From positions 4,464,001-4,528,000 of the forward strand of contig JBHGNT010000003.1 of NCBI GenBank assembly GCA_043228905.1: a stretch of 64,000 nucleotides of DNA, in the 5' to 3' direction. Below the pieces are notes generated by a model, which did no database searches, was not told the DNA's origin, and worked only from the letters and a program-made list of their open reading frames with translations. The position numbers were made by a program, and so were the translations under genes. This stretch comes from Azolla caroliniana (lineage: Eukaryota > Plantae > Polypodiophyta). This document shows positions 1 to 13,936 of this stretch, piece after piece. Each line of letters begins with the position of its first letter. Position 1 is the stretch's first letter.

Positions 1-295
1 TCCATCAAGACAAAGTGGCCAAAGTGCTCTTAGAACAAATGAAAAATGAGGGAGCTCAAGTTGCTTATATAGCCAGGGCCTTAAGTTTCCTATCTATGTG
101 GGATAGTTCTAATTTTTCTATCTTCCCAAACTTTATTTTCACATAACTTGATATGTATTTCTCCATTTTGTATATAGTAAAATACATTTTGAAGCTCTTG
201 AGTACATCCATCTTTCTATAGTAAGCTACTAATCTAATCTATAATAATTATTTCATTATTATTTTTTTACATAGTGTGTGAAGATTCACACGACA
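1..295 (-). mobile_element. Partial Gypsy LTR (family X), truncated by the window edge and inserted into a gag region
   Basis: Ends ...GAAGATTCACACGACA at 295. It is the reverse complement of the start of the LTRs at 58054 and 59258 and resembles the U3 end of the element D LTR (41890-42153). Flanked by ACGC. Orientation inferred from D. Confidence 0.75.
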
Positions 296-998
296 ACGCT
301 TATAATGACCGATATGATAGACAGGATAGATACCGGGACTATAATGGACAGTATGAAAGATATAACCGGGATCATTCCCCTGGTTACAACTACCGACGGG
401 ACGACTATGACAAGGATGCCGCAACAAAAAGAATTTTAGTAAGAAATGTCATTTCAACAAAAAGGGGGGTCATCCACGAGAACCGGAAAAGGGCGGTCCG
501 AGTAGCTAACCAGACCAAAACCAAGCACTTACCCCTGGTCCTCCACTAAGCACACACTCCGAATCCAACAACGCCCAGAAGTCGTACTGCTATCATTGCC
601 GGCAAGAAGGCCACTATAGTAATCAATGTCCAGCGAAGAGCTACGACAAGCGACCAACGGTGAACATGGTAGACGCGGAAGTCGCAGACATACAAGTCAC
701 TACAAGATCAAAAGGCAAAGCCACGGAGTGGGAAACTCAAGAAGTCATCCGGAAGCAGGCAACCGAATGGGTGAAGAAGACAAATTCAAGAAACCCATTT
801 GAACAAGTAAAGGGCGACACAGAACCGGACATCGGTAAATCGGAAGAGACGGCCACACGTTCAACAATCAACAAGCGCGAAGCCGGTAAGAGGGAGCACG
901 AGCCGGCAAACGACAACAACGATGCAACGGCAAGCAGTTCAGTGGCCGGAAAGGACCACAATCCGGATAGGGGTCTAGTGGGACCGGATGCGAATTAA
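296..998 (+). pseudogene. Retrotransposon gag C-terminal remnant (CCHC zinc knuckle)
   Basis: CX2CX4HX4C motif followed in frame by VNMVDAEV...TTRSKGK, typical of a Gypsy gag end. Frameshifted and interrupted upstream. Confidence 0.7.
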
Positions 999-1241
999 CA
1001 AAATCATTGTTAATCTTAAAATAAATATAAAACGAATCAAATCAAATCAAATCAAAGTAAATCATGCAAGGGCGAGGGGTGAACGGACACATGCAAGAAC
1101 AAGGAGTGAACAGGCACTTTGTAAAGGTACGTAGTGGGCTATTAATAGGGTATTAAACCGCCGCCACATGGCACAACATTCTATTTTAGTACACGACGTG
1201 CACATGCGCGGGTAAGAAAAAAATAAAAAACAGGCGCCAAC

Positions 1242-4160
1242 ATGCAACAAGAAGACCCACACCACATAGAAACCCTCACATTTCGCGAACAGAGGAGCAC
1301 AAACGCAGACAGGCGATTGAAGATCAACAGACGCGAGCCCACGCACACAGAGCCTCCTCACACACAACCCTCACCACCACTCACCGACCTCGACGAAGCC
1401 ATGGACTGCCAAGCACTCTCTGAAGCAGCCAAGAAGTGGTTAAGGCAACACGAGTTAGAGGGTTTCCTCACAATCATGGAGGCGCCACCGCACCGGGAGG
1501 CGGAGAAGATAGTCAAAGAAATCGACACGGAGCTGATCACGGAGGAGGCCATCCATGCGTTGATTGGCCTTCCGGAGGGGGGCATCTTCACCATCGACAA
1601 TCCTACCCCGGCGCAGCTCCGAAAATATTTTGGGGAATACTCTCTAGCCAGCAAGGCTTACCCGACTCAGGGCGGCGAAGATCCACTCTTTCGAGATATT
1701 GCCCGTGTGCTCCATGAATTTGGACATGTATACCCTCGACCCCCGTGCATGCCCCAGAACCAGGCCGGCTTAATCATAGCCACATATGAAGACGTAAAGG
1801 TGGACTGAGCGGTACTGATTGCGGATGGCCTCTGTGCGGCCATCGACTCTGTCAAAGGCAAGGAGGGTCGGAAGATATGGACGGCAGTGGCGCAATGGCT
1901 CTACATTGGCGCCACCTATCGAACCCCTCAAGACCACGAAGCGGGGACGAACAACCGAAGGCACCCCGAAAACGGCCTTGAAACAGCAGCAGTTGTTGGC
2001 TTCTAAGGCAACCAAAGGGAAGGCGGCCAAAATGGACCAGGCGGCAAAGGAGCGCGCCAATAGGAAGAGGCAGGCGGAAACACAGGAGTAGCCATAGGTT
2101 TGGCCAATCAAGATCAGGCTTCACCGACCGGTTCAACAAGCGTCGGACCCCTTGGCAGCAAAAATCAACATCGGGACTCAGGAGGAGGAAGCGGAGGAGG
2201 AACCGTTAGAGCACCTCCAGTGGCGCCAGAAGGCAAGCACCTCCGAACAGGACGGGGAGCGTTCGGACCCAAAGAAGGATAGAACGCCTGTACCCCGCAC
2301 TGAGCAGCCTGCACCAAGGATGGAACCGGAACCGGTTCGAACAGAACCGGTCACAGAGCTCCCTGCACAACAACCTCTACCGACGGGTCAGGATACGGCA
2401 AGACCCGAAATGCAAGCGTCGGAAGTACAGTTGCCTACCCCATCGGCAGGCCAAGAGCATTCAGAGGCGGAGCGGCCAACGGAGCCGCAACTAGAAAGGC
2501 AAAGTGGTCACCAACAAGAGCCAGAGTTGCAGCTCGACGCAACCGGACAAAACCGACCACTGGCCAGCAACACCAACAGCCAACCCTCCGGGCAGACGCA
2601 ACAACAGGGCACCGGCAACCAATGGTTTTGGTGGATTGGAGAACAGATTGCCGGAGTGGTACACTACATAGAGGCGGAAGAGAAAGCGTAGATGGACCGG
2701 TTGCTCGTCACAATAGGAGAACTAGAGACGGCCCGGTCAAGGATCCGGAGCCTAGAACAAGACTTGGACCTGGCCACAGAAGAATTGGCCAAAATGGCCT
2801 TAACCGGACCACAACTCCAAGCACCGGTGACTCCGGTCGATGTATAGAATAAAGAAACCATGACACCTGTACATAGCAATAAGACCCCAGAGACAGACCC
2901 TGTCCCGAAGATAGTGGCGACGCAAGCACAAGAGCTTGCTGAATTGAGAGATGAACTGGCCGCACATGAAGCATTACGCACCTGAGAGCAGAACTTGAAG
3001 AAAGCGGCAGAAGAAGAGCTGAACGAAAGACTGCTAAGCACCTCCGTCGGGCAGAAGAGAATCTGCGGAAAGGGCATCAGGCCTATGACCGGCTGAAGGA
3101 GGAGAAAGAGAAGGCGCTGCAAGAAAAGGAGAAGCTGCGACGGATGGCGGAAACAGAGATCGAAAGACTTAAAGAAGAACTCCGTCAACAGAAGGATCGG
3201 GAAGACCGCGCTCGCCGGCAACTCAACCAAAAGCTGAAGCAAAAGACTGATGATTTTGAGCACCTGCACCGGGACTTCAAGCACCTGGATACGGAGCATA
3301 AGAAACAGCAGGAGAAGATGGCAGAGCTCCGGCAGGAGGTGCATCGAGTTGAGACGGCGCTGGCGGAGGAACGGGTTGAAAGAACCACGCTTCTGGAGGA
3401 AGCCGCGCAAGAACGGATGGAGCTGCATAAGCAGCATTATGAAGAGAAGGAAAGAGCGATGATGGTCTTGCAAAGGCTGCAGAACAGCTATCAAACCCAA
3501 TTGTCACATTACCAGGAGCAGGAGGTGGATACGGTGGCACTGATCAAGCAGTTGAAGGACGAACGACAAGCCGCGGAGGACAAATCGAAGATGGGATTGG
3601 AGCAGATCCAGTTCATTGTCCAGGCATGGAGGAACAAGACCAAATGCTTGATTGACGAAAGCTCCACACAATGGTGGGACAAATGGGCAAAGCACACAGC
3701 CAAGCTCCAGTTGCTACAGGCGGACGCGGAAAACCGACAGATGGCGATGACTGCTACATGCTAACGAAGGAGGACTTCACTGCCGTAAGAGATGAGTTAG
3801 CCGAAGATTTTGTAACTCTGGCGGAGGAGTAGTCAGCAGTGGTCAAATCCAGTTTGAAAGCTATGAACGGACCAGGCTACGGAGAGAAGAAGCAAAGCAG
3901 GCGGCGACCGTCAACCTCAGTGATGAGGAGCCATCACCAGATCAAGGACCGGACGGAGACAAGGTCGGGGCGAGTCAACCAGAGTCAAATCCGGCGGAGC
4001 AACTAACAGAGGAATCACTGTCACAACCGCCGGTACCGGGAGCTGAACAAACGCCATCTAAGGAGCAACAGTCGGAGGAGCCGCAGCCACAACAACAACA
4101 GTAGCCACAACAGTAGTCGCATCAACAACAACAAAGTTCCGAACAACCATTGGATACCCT
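1242..4160 (+). pseudogene. Degenerate retrotransposon accessory ORF (globular N-terminus, acidic/Pro-rich linker, long coiled coil)
   Basis: ORF pieces 1242-1808, 2152-2691 and 3144-3764 are separated by single stops or frameshifts. The 3144-3764 piece is an E/K/Q/R-rich heptad coiled coil. The motifs ITEEAIHALIGLPEGG and VD(W>*)AVLI resemble the extra ORFs of plant retroelements. Confidence 0.55.
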
Positions 4161-4230
4161 GAAGCAGAGTATTCTGGATATCTTGGACGAAGGCTAAGGG
4201 CCGGATAGTGGGATTCAACGTACAAGGTAC

Positions 4231-4727
4231 TGTCCCACGGGCGTGCCATGTGTTACCTGGCCGGCAAAGGAGTAAAGACCAGAATGTGAAAGGGATGGTT
4301 ATTCGGAATAGATTTTAATTAAGTAGAGTAGATTATAATTATGTAGTGAACGGACGGACCGGAATCGGTATGCCGATCCGGATCCGGACTGGTTCCGAAC
4401 AGGTGCCGGTTGGCACCGTTTTGTACGCAGCATCGGTGACCTATATAAAGGCCCAGTTACAATGTATAACTTTAACGGAGAATTAATATAAGCTTCTTGT
4501 TTTATCTTCACGTATTGATTATCGTTTTGTATTAATTGTTATATCTTACGCGTGTATTAAGTGAATGCCTTATTGCTAAGTAGCCAATTAAGTCGGATTA
4601 ATCGTTGTGTCTTAAGTTATCTCCCCGTAACACCCCTTTGGTGAAGTGTCTTCCGGAGACACCCTGTGTTAGGCCATTGTCTAGCCCTAAGGAATAACAT
4701 AAGGATCATTAGGGGCCCCTAGGGACA
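4231..4727 (+). repeat. 3' LTR (497 bp)
   Basis: Inverted termini TGTCCC/GGGACA; TATA-like CTATATAAAGG at 4441; CCGG-rich U3. Confidence 0.7.
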
Positions 4728-5335
4728 AAACAATAATGTGATAATGGTTTACTTGGCCACTCCCATTAAGGACCTTGTTTCATCCTCGAGTAATTGTTGC
4801 CCCTAATGCACTCTTCTTCTATAGAAGTCTCTCATCGCGAGTTCATGTTGGGAGGATTTGAACCAACAACTACCCTAATAGGGATGAACCGTGTAAGAAC
4901 AAATTCCAACTATTCGTAACCATATTAACAAAGTGCTAACCATTTCGATGGACTCTACACTAAATTGTCAACTCTTAACAATTACATAAGGAAACAAGGC
5001 GCAACCTTTTAGCCTTAATGTAAACCTTTTAATTAACTAATTAAAATAAGAAAGGGCAAAATGAAGGAACCACAACACTTCCAAATTTTATCAACAAAAC
5101 AAGTTGAGGCTAAATACTTCGGGTTCATAATCAAATACAGAACCAGATACTACATATAAAATCAAAAATCTAAATTAAGTTTACATAGTTATTGTGAAAT
5201 ACTTTCCTATTCCTATCTAGAAAGAATTTCTTCACACAACACAATTTTTTCCTTGTAGAGCACCCTATGGCTTCTTGAAATTTTCAAGAGCACACAAATT
5301 TCTCCTCAATTTACAGTGTCATTGTAGGTAGTGTG

Positions 5336-5834
5336 TAGTTGTCGGCCCGGTTTCGGCACGAATCGAACTGAACCGTTAAGCCATGGTTTATCGGTATCAA
5401 AAAATTTTAATGGTTTGGTTTGAATTATTAATAAACGGTCTGATTTTAGTTCGGTTCAATTCAAAAACTCAAGTTTATCAGTTTATAGGTTTAACTGGTT
5501 TGGTTTTATTGATTTAATTAATTTAACCTACTTTAATTTAGTGTTTTAATTGATGCTTTTTATTGATTTGCTTATTTACTTTAATGTATTTAGTTTATTT
5601 AGTTTTTTAATTAGTTTGACTTAAATGGTTAGGTCTAAAAAAATTTATTGAATAGTGCGGTTTGGCTTCAACTTTTCCCTAAATTGTTTTGGTTTAAATG
5701 GTTTGGTTTACCATTTCTTAAATGGTTTGGTTTAAATGGCTTGAGAGCTCATAAACGGTTTGGTTTGGTGTTTGTTTTATATAAATGGTGTGGTTTGGTT
5801 TCAAGGCAAAGGAACCAAATCGAGGCCATTGCCA
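5336..5834. mobile_element. hAT-type MITE (AACC/GGTT-rich)
   Basis: Degenerate TIRs homologous to the copy at 61436-62069, in opposite orientation. 8-bp TSD GTAGTGTG / GTAGCATG, both derivable from GTAGCGTG by CpG deamination. Confidence 0.75.
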
Positions 5835-7779
5835 GTAGCATGGTCCTTGGAAGTTCTTGTCTTTTCTCCATGCCCCACCTAATGCTCTTCATGCAAATTT
5901 AGGTAGTTAGTGTCCTACTTATACATGTTGTCAATTTGGTTAACAATTGTAAAAGTATTGATAAGTATTGAAATATCTCATTTGAAAATATCTTGATTTT
6001 GATGTGAAAGATTTAGATCTTCAAATATAAATAATCAAGAAGAACCATAGGAAGCCTAGCAGATCTAACTTTATATAGATTTACGAGACGAAGAAATAGA
6101 ACATATTCCCATATTATCCCATTGCTCCTATTGCAAATAACATCATTGGATTTTCAAATTCTTATCCAATTCTTTCTTTGGCTCTCACAATTGTATAAAT
6201 CTCAAACTTTAATTTCACGATTTCCAAAAGGCTTAGTTTTTGCAACAATCCACCAATTTGGTGTCAAACGTTTACTCCGTGAAGGTTACTTATTGCAACA
6301 ATCCACCAATTCCAAACTTTTACCTATTGGATTCCACAAAGCTACTTATTACCACAATCCACCAATTTGTAGGCCTTGGTGACTATAACACATGCCTATA
6401 TGATGCTACATGTGTTTTGTCTTTGGAAACAGAACACGAAGATTCTTAATTGTAGGAAATGGGTGACCTACCCATTATGATCACACGTTTCCAAATGATA
6501 TTCACATTCGTCTGGATTCCCCAAAAGAGATCACTAATTGCTATTGTGCTTTCCCACATACCAATTGTATCAAAGAATCTATTTCATCAATTCTTGCATT
6601 TAACTATACAATAATCTATATGGAAATACTAAACATATTAACATACTAGAAATGCACATATATTGCATCGTACACTCCTTACAAAAATTCAAAAGTAAAA
6701 ATGCAAGTTGCCACTTTGATTCCAATAATCTTGAACAATATCAAAGGTTATATTGCAATTTCTCTTGATGACTCATGATATTGTAATGTTCATATTTTCA
6801 TATAATTGATTTTGGGTAGGAAAAACACACACAAATAGTTGTATCCTTCGATATGGCTTTAGTCGCTCTTCAGTATGTGGCCTTAAATATCCACTACATA
6901 CATGGTGGATCCTATTAAATTTGGTTGTCTTACCTCATATGTGGCACATCCAATGAGTCACTATAGTCCCCTAAATGCTTTAATACAAATATTATGATAA
7001 TTTTCCGTATTATTATTTTCACTCTTTGGATGACATCATATGATGCCCACACACATGTGAAGGTGATTCCCACTTGGAGAGTTGGATAGAGGCAACCTAT
7101 TCCCTTACATGAAAACATGATGTTTTACTTTCTTATGTAGTCAACCTTGTTCCTTGTTGAACAATCTTAAAGGTTTTCGGCCCTTTTGTTCCCTTACCCT
7201 ATCTCTCGAAATTGAGTATGCTATGTCCAAAGCTTACTTCAGGGGTTTCTAGGGTCAATTCTAGGTTGGGGAAATGAGTTACATGGATACAAGACCATTG
7301 ACTATTCAGTAAAATGAAGAGTACAAATTCAACCTATAGGAAACATAGTAGAGCAAATAGCAACATATTTATTGTAATATCTTATAATAAGTTAGTGGTT
7401 GGCTAATATTGTCTTCCTTGCAATGTACGATGAGAGACAAGGTTACACACTCTAACCTATAATGTTATCTCGTTCCTAATTAGTGGGCGACAAGCTCAAG
7501 GAAATTATCAGGCTTGAAATTGATTTATATACCATATAGAAACCTTCTTTACTAATCTTAAATCAAGACAAAAAATATTTTGTTAACAAAGTTAATCCGC
7601 CATCCAACAACATAACAGAGTCCAAATTTACATATCCAAAAGAGTTCATCTGAAGGCCTGGCACACATATCATGTTCCTCACACAATTATCACCAAGTTT
7701 TGGAAAAAAATTTGGAAACAATAACACGCACGGCGAATCACCACTTTCTAATAGCTATTAATATATAAGTCACTACCGG

Positions 7780-8420
7780 TTGGTGCATGGCAGCGTGGGA
7801 ACCTTAGCTCTCCTAATTTTGTAGTGTGTCCAAATGCTTTGTGGGACTGCCCAGAGTCCCATCGAATATGGCAGGGGGTTTGCCGCTTATTGCAATTATG
7901 GCAGGTGCAAGGCTTAATCAAGTGGGGAAATATATGTTGGCTATCATGGCAGGCCCCAATTGACAGATACGAGCATCAGGAGGAGGGGATGGCTTTGGTG
8001 ATAAAAGCACAAGAGGTTTTTTTCTCCACCATTGACAATGTCCACTCAACTCCTATCAATGCCAAATCTCAAGTTGTGTTTGAATTGGTTAGCCCAATAA
8101 CTCTTTAGACTCTATGGAAACAACGATGTAGATGGGTCTTCTCCAACCAAACCGCGCAACCAATAGTGTTAATGCAAGAGATATGGAGTAAAGTTGTAGC
8201 CACTCTAAAAAGCCAATATGATAGCCTCAAGGGCGATTCCGATGGAGTTGAAAGACAACGACTAGCAAGTTCATCCAGCAATGGTCAACCTCCCCCTTTA
8301 TTGAGTCGGTGGGCATCCACATAAGATGGACATATCGCGTCCCTACAGGGATTTGTATATATTAATCTCATATGTAAAATTTTATAACTAATGGATGGAG
8401 TTTTTTTTTTGGAAAAAAAA
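7780..8420 (+). mobile_element. L1-type LINE 3' remnant
   Basis: Translates to ALWDCPESHRIW...ITL*TLWKQRCRWVF, the zf-RVT/C-terminal motifs of plant L1 ORF2. Ends in an A-tract at about 8413-8421. Confidence 0.6.
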
Positions 8421-11400
8421 AGATTTCATCTGAAGTACATTAGGGTTTAGGGTTTATACCTTACGTGCCTTTATATGTGATGCATGTTGATGCCATAATG
8501 CCACTCAAATACCTAGCTTGTGTGATTAGTGTGAGGGCTCTATGATAACTAATACTAATTCTGGCTATGGGATAAGGTTGAATATAATCAATAGACATTA
8601 TTGCCTTAAATTGAACCCAACAATCAAACCATTTGATGTTTGCAATATAATATTCTCATTTTGTCCTTTTAACATCTTTCCAGTTCTTCCTTAACTACAT
8701 ATAGCATGACATCACTTGAAAGCTCTAACAAATATTCCACGACCCATCATTTGAATCATTTTTTTATGTCAACTATCCAACCAAATGAGAGAATTTTGCC
8801 CTCATGATTCTTTCACAATTTACATCCCACATTCCAAGCAAGATGTGGTAATCTATGATTTGGCTTATTCTTGAAAAGGTAATGATGGTTTAGAAGGGAT
8901 AATTGATTTAATGGTCTAAAATGCATAGTAAGTTACTACTCTATGAAACTTCAAGAAGGTTCAATTTTGTTGAATTATGTTAACTTTTTGTATATCAAGG
9001 TAACCTCATAGATGTCCACTAATGTACATTTGTTAAGCCAAGGTTTTGTGAACAAATTATCTTTTCCTATAGCTTCACAAAAAACCTTTTAGCTTATTCT
9101 ACATCACATTGCTCCTCCTTAGACCTTACACATGTGCCCACTTCAAGTTCTATATATATATTCTTATGATGAAATGTTTACCCTAGTGGTGGAGATTGAG
9201 GTTGTGCAAATTTTCACATCATCCTAGCAGGTAGCATAATATTATTTTTTGGCTTGTGAAATTCTAGAATATAATAATCTAATTTTCTATATTAATGAGG
9301 TAGTTTATTATGCACATTATGTACATTTTTCTTTAAACTTGATCCTTGGAATTTTTTTGTAGTTTACATGAGCTATATCTAATGCTCTTCATGTAATCCC
9401 CATAATGTGTTTTGAATTTGGTTAAAAAAAATCTAGTCTTATGTTGTTTTCTATTCAAATAACTAATTCTAGTTTCTTAGTTACTTTCTATAGATTTAGT
9501 GGTGACAGATTTAGAATATATTCTCATAGTATTACCCTATTATGAAAAACATCATTATCTTCTCTAAATTTTTAGCAAACTCTTCCTATAAGTGTCAAAT
9601 ATTTATGTTAAGAATTTAAAAAAATTACTTATTGCAACAATCCACCAAGTATGGAAGCTTAAGTGGCTATATCACATGGGTATATGATGGTGTAGGTGTT
9701 ATTTCTTTGGAAATGTGACAAGAAGATTTTTAGTTCTCGGAAATATGGGAAATGTTCTAAATAAAATATCCACGTTCTTGTGGATTTTCCCAATGAGATC
9801 AACATTCTTATTCTAGTGTTCTCCCCAACAATTCGTACAAGAGCAAATATTTTTAATCTATTCCTCCATTTAACTATAAAACCTTGTACATAGTAAATAA
9901 ATCCATGTACCCATTACAAATGTACTTGTTTTGCATAGAACATTCCTTACAAAAACTATTTATTAGCAAAAGTGCAAGATGGCAAGAGAAAGTTGCAACT
10001 CTTATTCCAACAATTTGGAACAATATCCAAAGTTATATTTCAATTTATCATGATGCTTCTACGAATATTTTTAAGAAATATATATTCCATTTTGAAGAAA
10101 CGTTCAATTCTAGGGTATGTCAAATACACTCACATTGGACATGGTTATCTTTAATTTGTTTTATCTTTGTTTAAGATAGTTTTTTAGGCCCTCACAATGG
10201 GCAATATTGATCCATGGAATACGATGTAAGGTTTACAACAAAACATCCACGTTATGGCAAAAAATGTGTGGAGTTCGGGATTCCGTCCCAAAACACATCT
10301 TCACTCATGGAATCATCTCTCCGCAAGAGTATTGTTCAGTGAGGTCAAACCAATGTCTACCTTATTGTTCATGAGTTGGGTAGGTATGGATGTCCAATTG
10401 TTCCTAGGTTTACAAGTGCTAGCACTAACCATTTGAGCAAACCTCATAGAATTGTTCCTATATTATTAACGAAAGATATATGTTCATAAGTATAGATTAA
10501 GTTGTTCAATGTCTATATCATATATTTCTTGTTAAGTTGTTTAAATGTGTCATATATTTCTTGTTAAGTTGTTTAAATGTGTCATATATTTCTGGTTATT
10601 GATGTATTCCTTATTATATTGATTAACATGATGGCACCTAGGCAGTATTAAACCCAAAGAACTACAAATAAGAACCAAGGTTAACAAGTACAAAGAACCA
10701 AGGTGGTGGTTCTTAAACTTGAAGGACGAGAAAATGCATGAAGGCAATCACATAGCTTTTAACTACCACTTCAATCAACTTTGTACAATGAAGTTCAAGT
10801 TCTTAAGATGGGATGCCAAAGACTTGGACACTTGGTACGGATGTGATAGGGTTTGAGAAATAAACATTATCATCCCTAAACCCTAAACCCTTAAAGATGC
10901 CTCCATTTTGATAGAGAGATAGATAGATAGATTATATTATCGTCTTCAGAGGTCAAATATGCTATGTTAGATTCACCATTTTGAGAAATAAAAATGATCA
11001 TCCCAAGATATTTACTTAAATTACATTTTGTGGACCTAAATTGTCCCACGCTTCTATCTCCCCTTTCAACAATAGTTTGGATTAAAATTGGAGAGCAACT
11101 AGGAGAACCTACATGGCAAAAGTATATTAATGGCATCAAATTTCTTACAAGGTTTGAGCTTGTGCCAAGAAATTTCCTTTCTGCAGTTGCAATAAGGCCC
11201 TAGTTATATTCATCACACTTTTATATCAATGTATGAAAAAGGTGACAAAGGGGAATAGATGAGCTACAATGCAAGGATAAAGACAAAGTGCATGTAAAAG
11301 AAAAATACTCTCTTTATCCAACAAGAGAGCTTGATAGTTTGTGGATATGAATGCCCAAGTGTCCACAAAAAACCAAATCACAAGGGTGTAGTCAGGCCTA

Positions 11401-13706
11401 CAATGACCAAGATAACCGTTAATCATATACTTATGGTGCCAAAACTCAAGGATATAAGGGCTCACACAATATGTAATCTAAGCTATTTTGATTTGATTTG
11501 ACAAAAGGCTATTGTAAATTTGTACGATTCTGAAACAATATTCTCTTTGTAATCTATTTAAGATGATAGAATTATTACCCAAATTTTTTTGTGTATACAT
11601 ATTTATAAGTTATAAATCACAAGTGATCAATGGTGAAAGATAGAAGACAAAAAGAAAAGATACGAGAAACCCCTTGCAAAACCATCAACAAGTTTATCCC
11701 ATAAGCTTGATATGAAAGACATTCTTGGCATGACTCAATGAGTGTAATGCATGTTTTCCTATGGAAATTATGGAGTAGTTCTTTTGTGTAGGGCAAACAA
11801 GCCACTTGTCATCTACAATGGCTGAATACAATGGAAGCAATCAATAATGCTCTCTTTGAGAGAACACGTTTGTGTTTTACATAGAGCTTTTGGAGGGATT
11901 GCTTCCGTTTAGAGGCCTACAATGTAGTATGTACATTGTTCATTTACCTAGTAAATGGATACTCTAATCCTACTAGTAAAACTAGACAAATATATAAAGA
12001 CGTCATGTCCGTAATATGTGTTTGCTCTTTAGAAGTAACATTGAAATAATTGAGAGTCAATTCACAATGAGGATCAGTCAAACATTAATTGTTTAATGTT
12101 CAAGAAGCCAGTTTGGAGACAGTTTAAATGCATTGAACTAGGTTATGTTAGTTTCTCTAGAATGGGGAATTCAATTGTACGATTACATCCTAGAGAAAAA
12201 CCTTGATACTTTTATGTGGAAAAAGTTATTTGAAAATCATAGTGTTGGGGTTTATCATTATAGTGGAAATTCTAGCTACATCCTCAAAGAAATGAAGTTT
12301 CTGAGATTAGTTGCTCAAATTTTTTAGAACCATAGGGATATATAATGGTAAAATATGTATGAGCATTTGAAGCTAATGTATAAATATGTGAGGACCAATT
12401 CCATTCTTGTGGTAACCAAATAAGGCATCCAAAGGTGACCTTATGCATACGCTCACTGGTGAGGTGAAACTTGACTAGCGCATCTAATGATTACAAACAT
12501 TTACGTTTGCAACTAGTAGAATTCAATGGTCTAAACGAATTCATTCAAATATATCTAATTTTGCGAGGCTTGAGAATAAATACCTTTTAATACTATATTG
12601 TAGTTAAACCTCAAAATCGTTAGCACCTCGTATTAGAACTTTAATGTTTTAGCTACTTGCATGTTTGGAACTTATACATTCTACTTAGGGAATATATCCT
12701 TGAATTAAGAAGCTAATCAAGGCTTATATAAACTTCAACCTAAATATGTTTTTGTCATGGTTGATAAGATAGACTATGTTTCATAGTTTTTCTTTGCAAT
12801 GGTGTGTCACATGAAGGGCATTCTGGTTACACATCTAACGTAGACACTCTCTCATTCATATAAACAATTTTTCTATTGCGAATGTAGACTCTTTTAACTA
12901 GTATAAATACATTTTATTTACACTCAATTGCGTAAAAACATCTTATTCACACTAAAGTGAAAGTATTGAGAAATCATTTTAAGCGGTAAAGAATAATGAC
13001 ATAGCCACTTTTTCTTCACATTGGCTACCATAAAGATGTTTCCCTTATGGTAATTAACATCCACAATTTTTTTTACACGGATTAACATACATGATTTTGC
13101 TCACACTAGAGAAAGTACAAAGAGAGGACAAATTCCTTAGATCCACGTCCGACCAATATTTAGTTGCATTACAAAAGAAAAACATATAACCTTTTAAATT
13201 CTCATCTCATATATCATAAGTTTAGAAAAAAGTGAGGGTAATGATTAAGATAGAAAGCTCTCTTTTCACCTCAAAAGGAGAGAAGTTTGATTGGTTAATA
13301 CTCTCAAACTCCTCAATATACTCGTAAGGTTTAGTATATTTAGAGAAAATCTAGCTCCTAAATGCATTAAACTAAACAAATGTTGTGAGAGAATGTTTTA
13401 GTAGATTTACCCTTTACTTTAATGTATGGAAGAGCTATTCAAAGTTCTTGGGACTTGGTTCTTAGATGGGAAAGAATAACTTTGTTTGTTGTACGTGATG
13501 AGGCAAGGAGAGGTATAAGAGTTGGTGGACCGTGAATACGGAAGAAACCCCAACAAGAAGATATGGAGAAAATCATGGGAGAGTAGTGGGCAAAGAATAA
13601 TCTCAATCCATTGAAAGCCTTTCGATCCGTTGAAAGCCTACCATGGGTTCAATATAGCGTATTGATTCCGCCTTTACATTTATTCCTTACACACCCTTCA
13701 AAGTAG

Positions 13707-13713
13707 TATAAAT
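13707..13713 (+). promoter_or_regulatory. Candidate TATA box of LOG
   Basis: TATAAAT about 200-230 bp upstream of the start codons, followed by a pyrimidine-rich 5' UTR-like stretch. Confidence 0.35.
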
Positions 13714-13936
13714 ATAAGTATCCACCACCCTTGGCCACTCAATTAACTATAAGGCTCCTAGAAAATTGCACATTTTCACTTCTCCCACAACCTCTTAAGT
13801 TTCTTTGGTCATCATCTCTCTCCTCTTATCTTGCCTTCTCTTCTATTTCCTATACCAATTTATCTTTCACCAAGTGGGCAAGTTATATAATTTTTCTTCC
13901 ACCCTACTCATGGACCACAAGAGATCTGCTACACTT

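Larger units (their letters stand above)
296..4727 (+). mobile_element. 3' part of a pol-less LTR retrotransposon (gag remnant + accessory ORF + 3' LTR)
   Basis: Gag zinc knuckle CYHCRQEGHYSNQCP at about 588-632, then a second long degenerate ORF, then an LTR with TGTCCC...GGGACA termini. No PR/RT/IN motifs seen. Confidence 0.7.

Noticed and set aside
2664-3500. 278-aa hydrophobic minus-strand ORF and other antisense ORFs over TE coding regions
   Set aside because: Shadow frames of the coiled-coil, gag and pol ORFs.
4850-4945. Minus-strand A-box/B-box-like pair
   Set aside because: Spacing is far longer than in tRNA and the A-box is weak, so it cannot be distinguished from chance.
10874-10890. 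Telomere-type CCCTAAA repeats (also 8441-8455)
   Set aside because: Only 2-2.5 units, which is common as interstitial telo-boxes.
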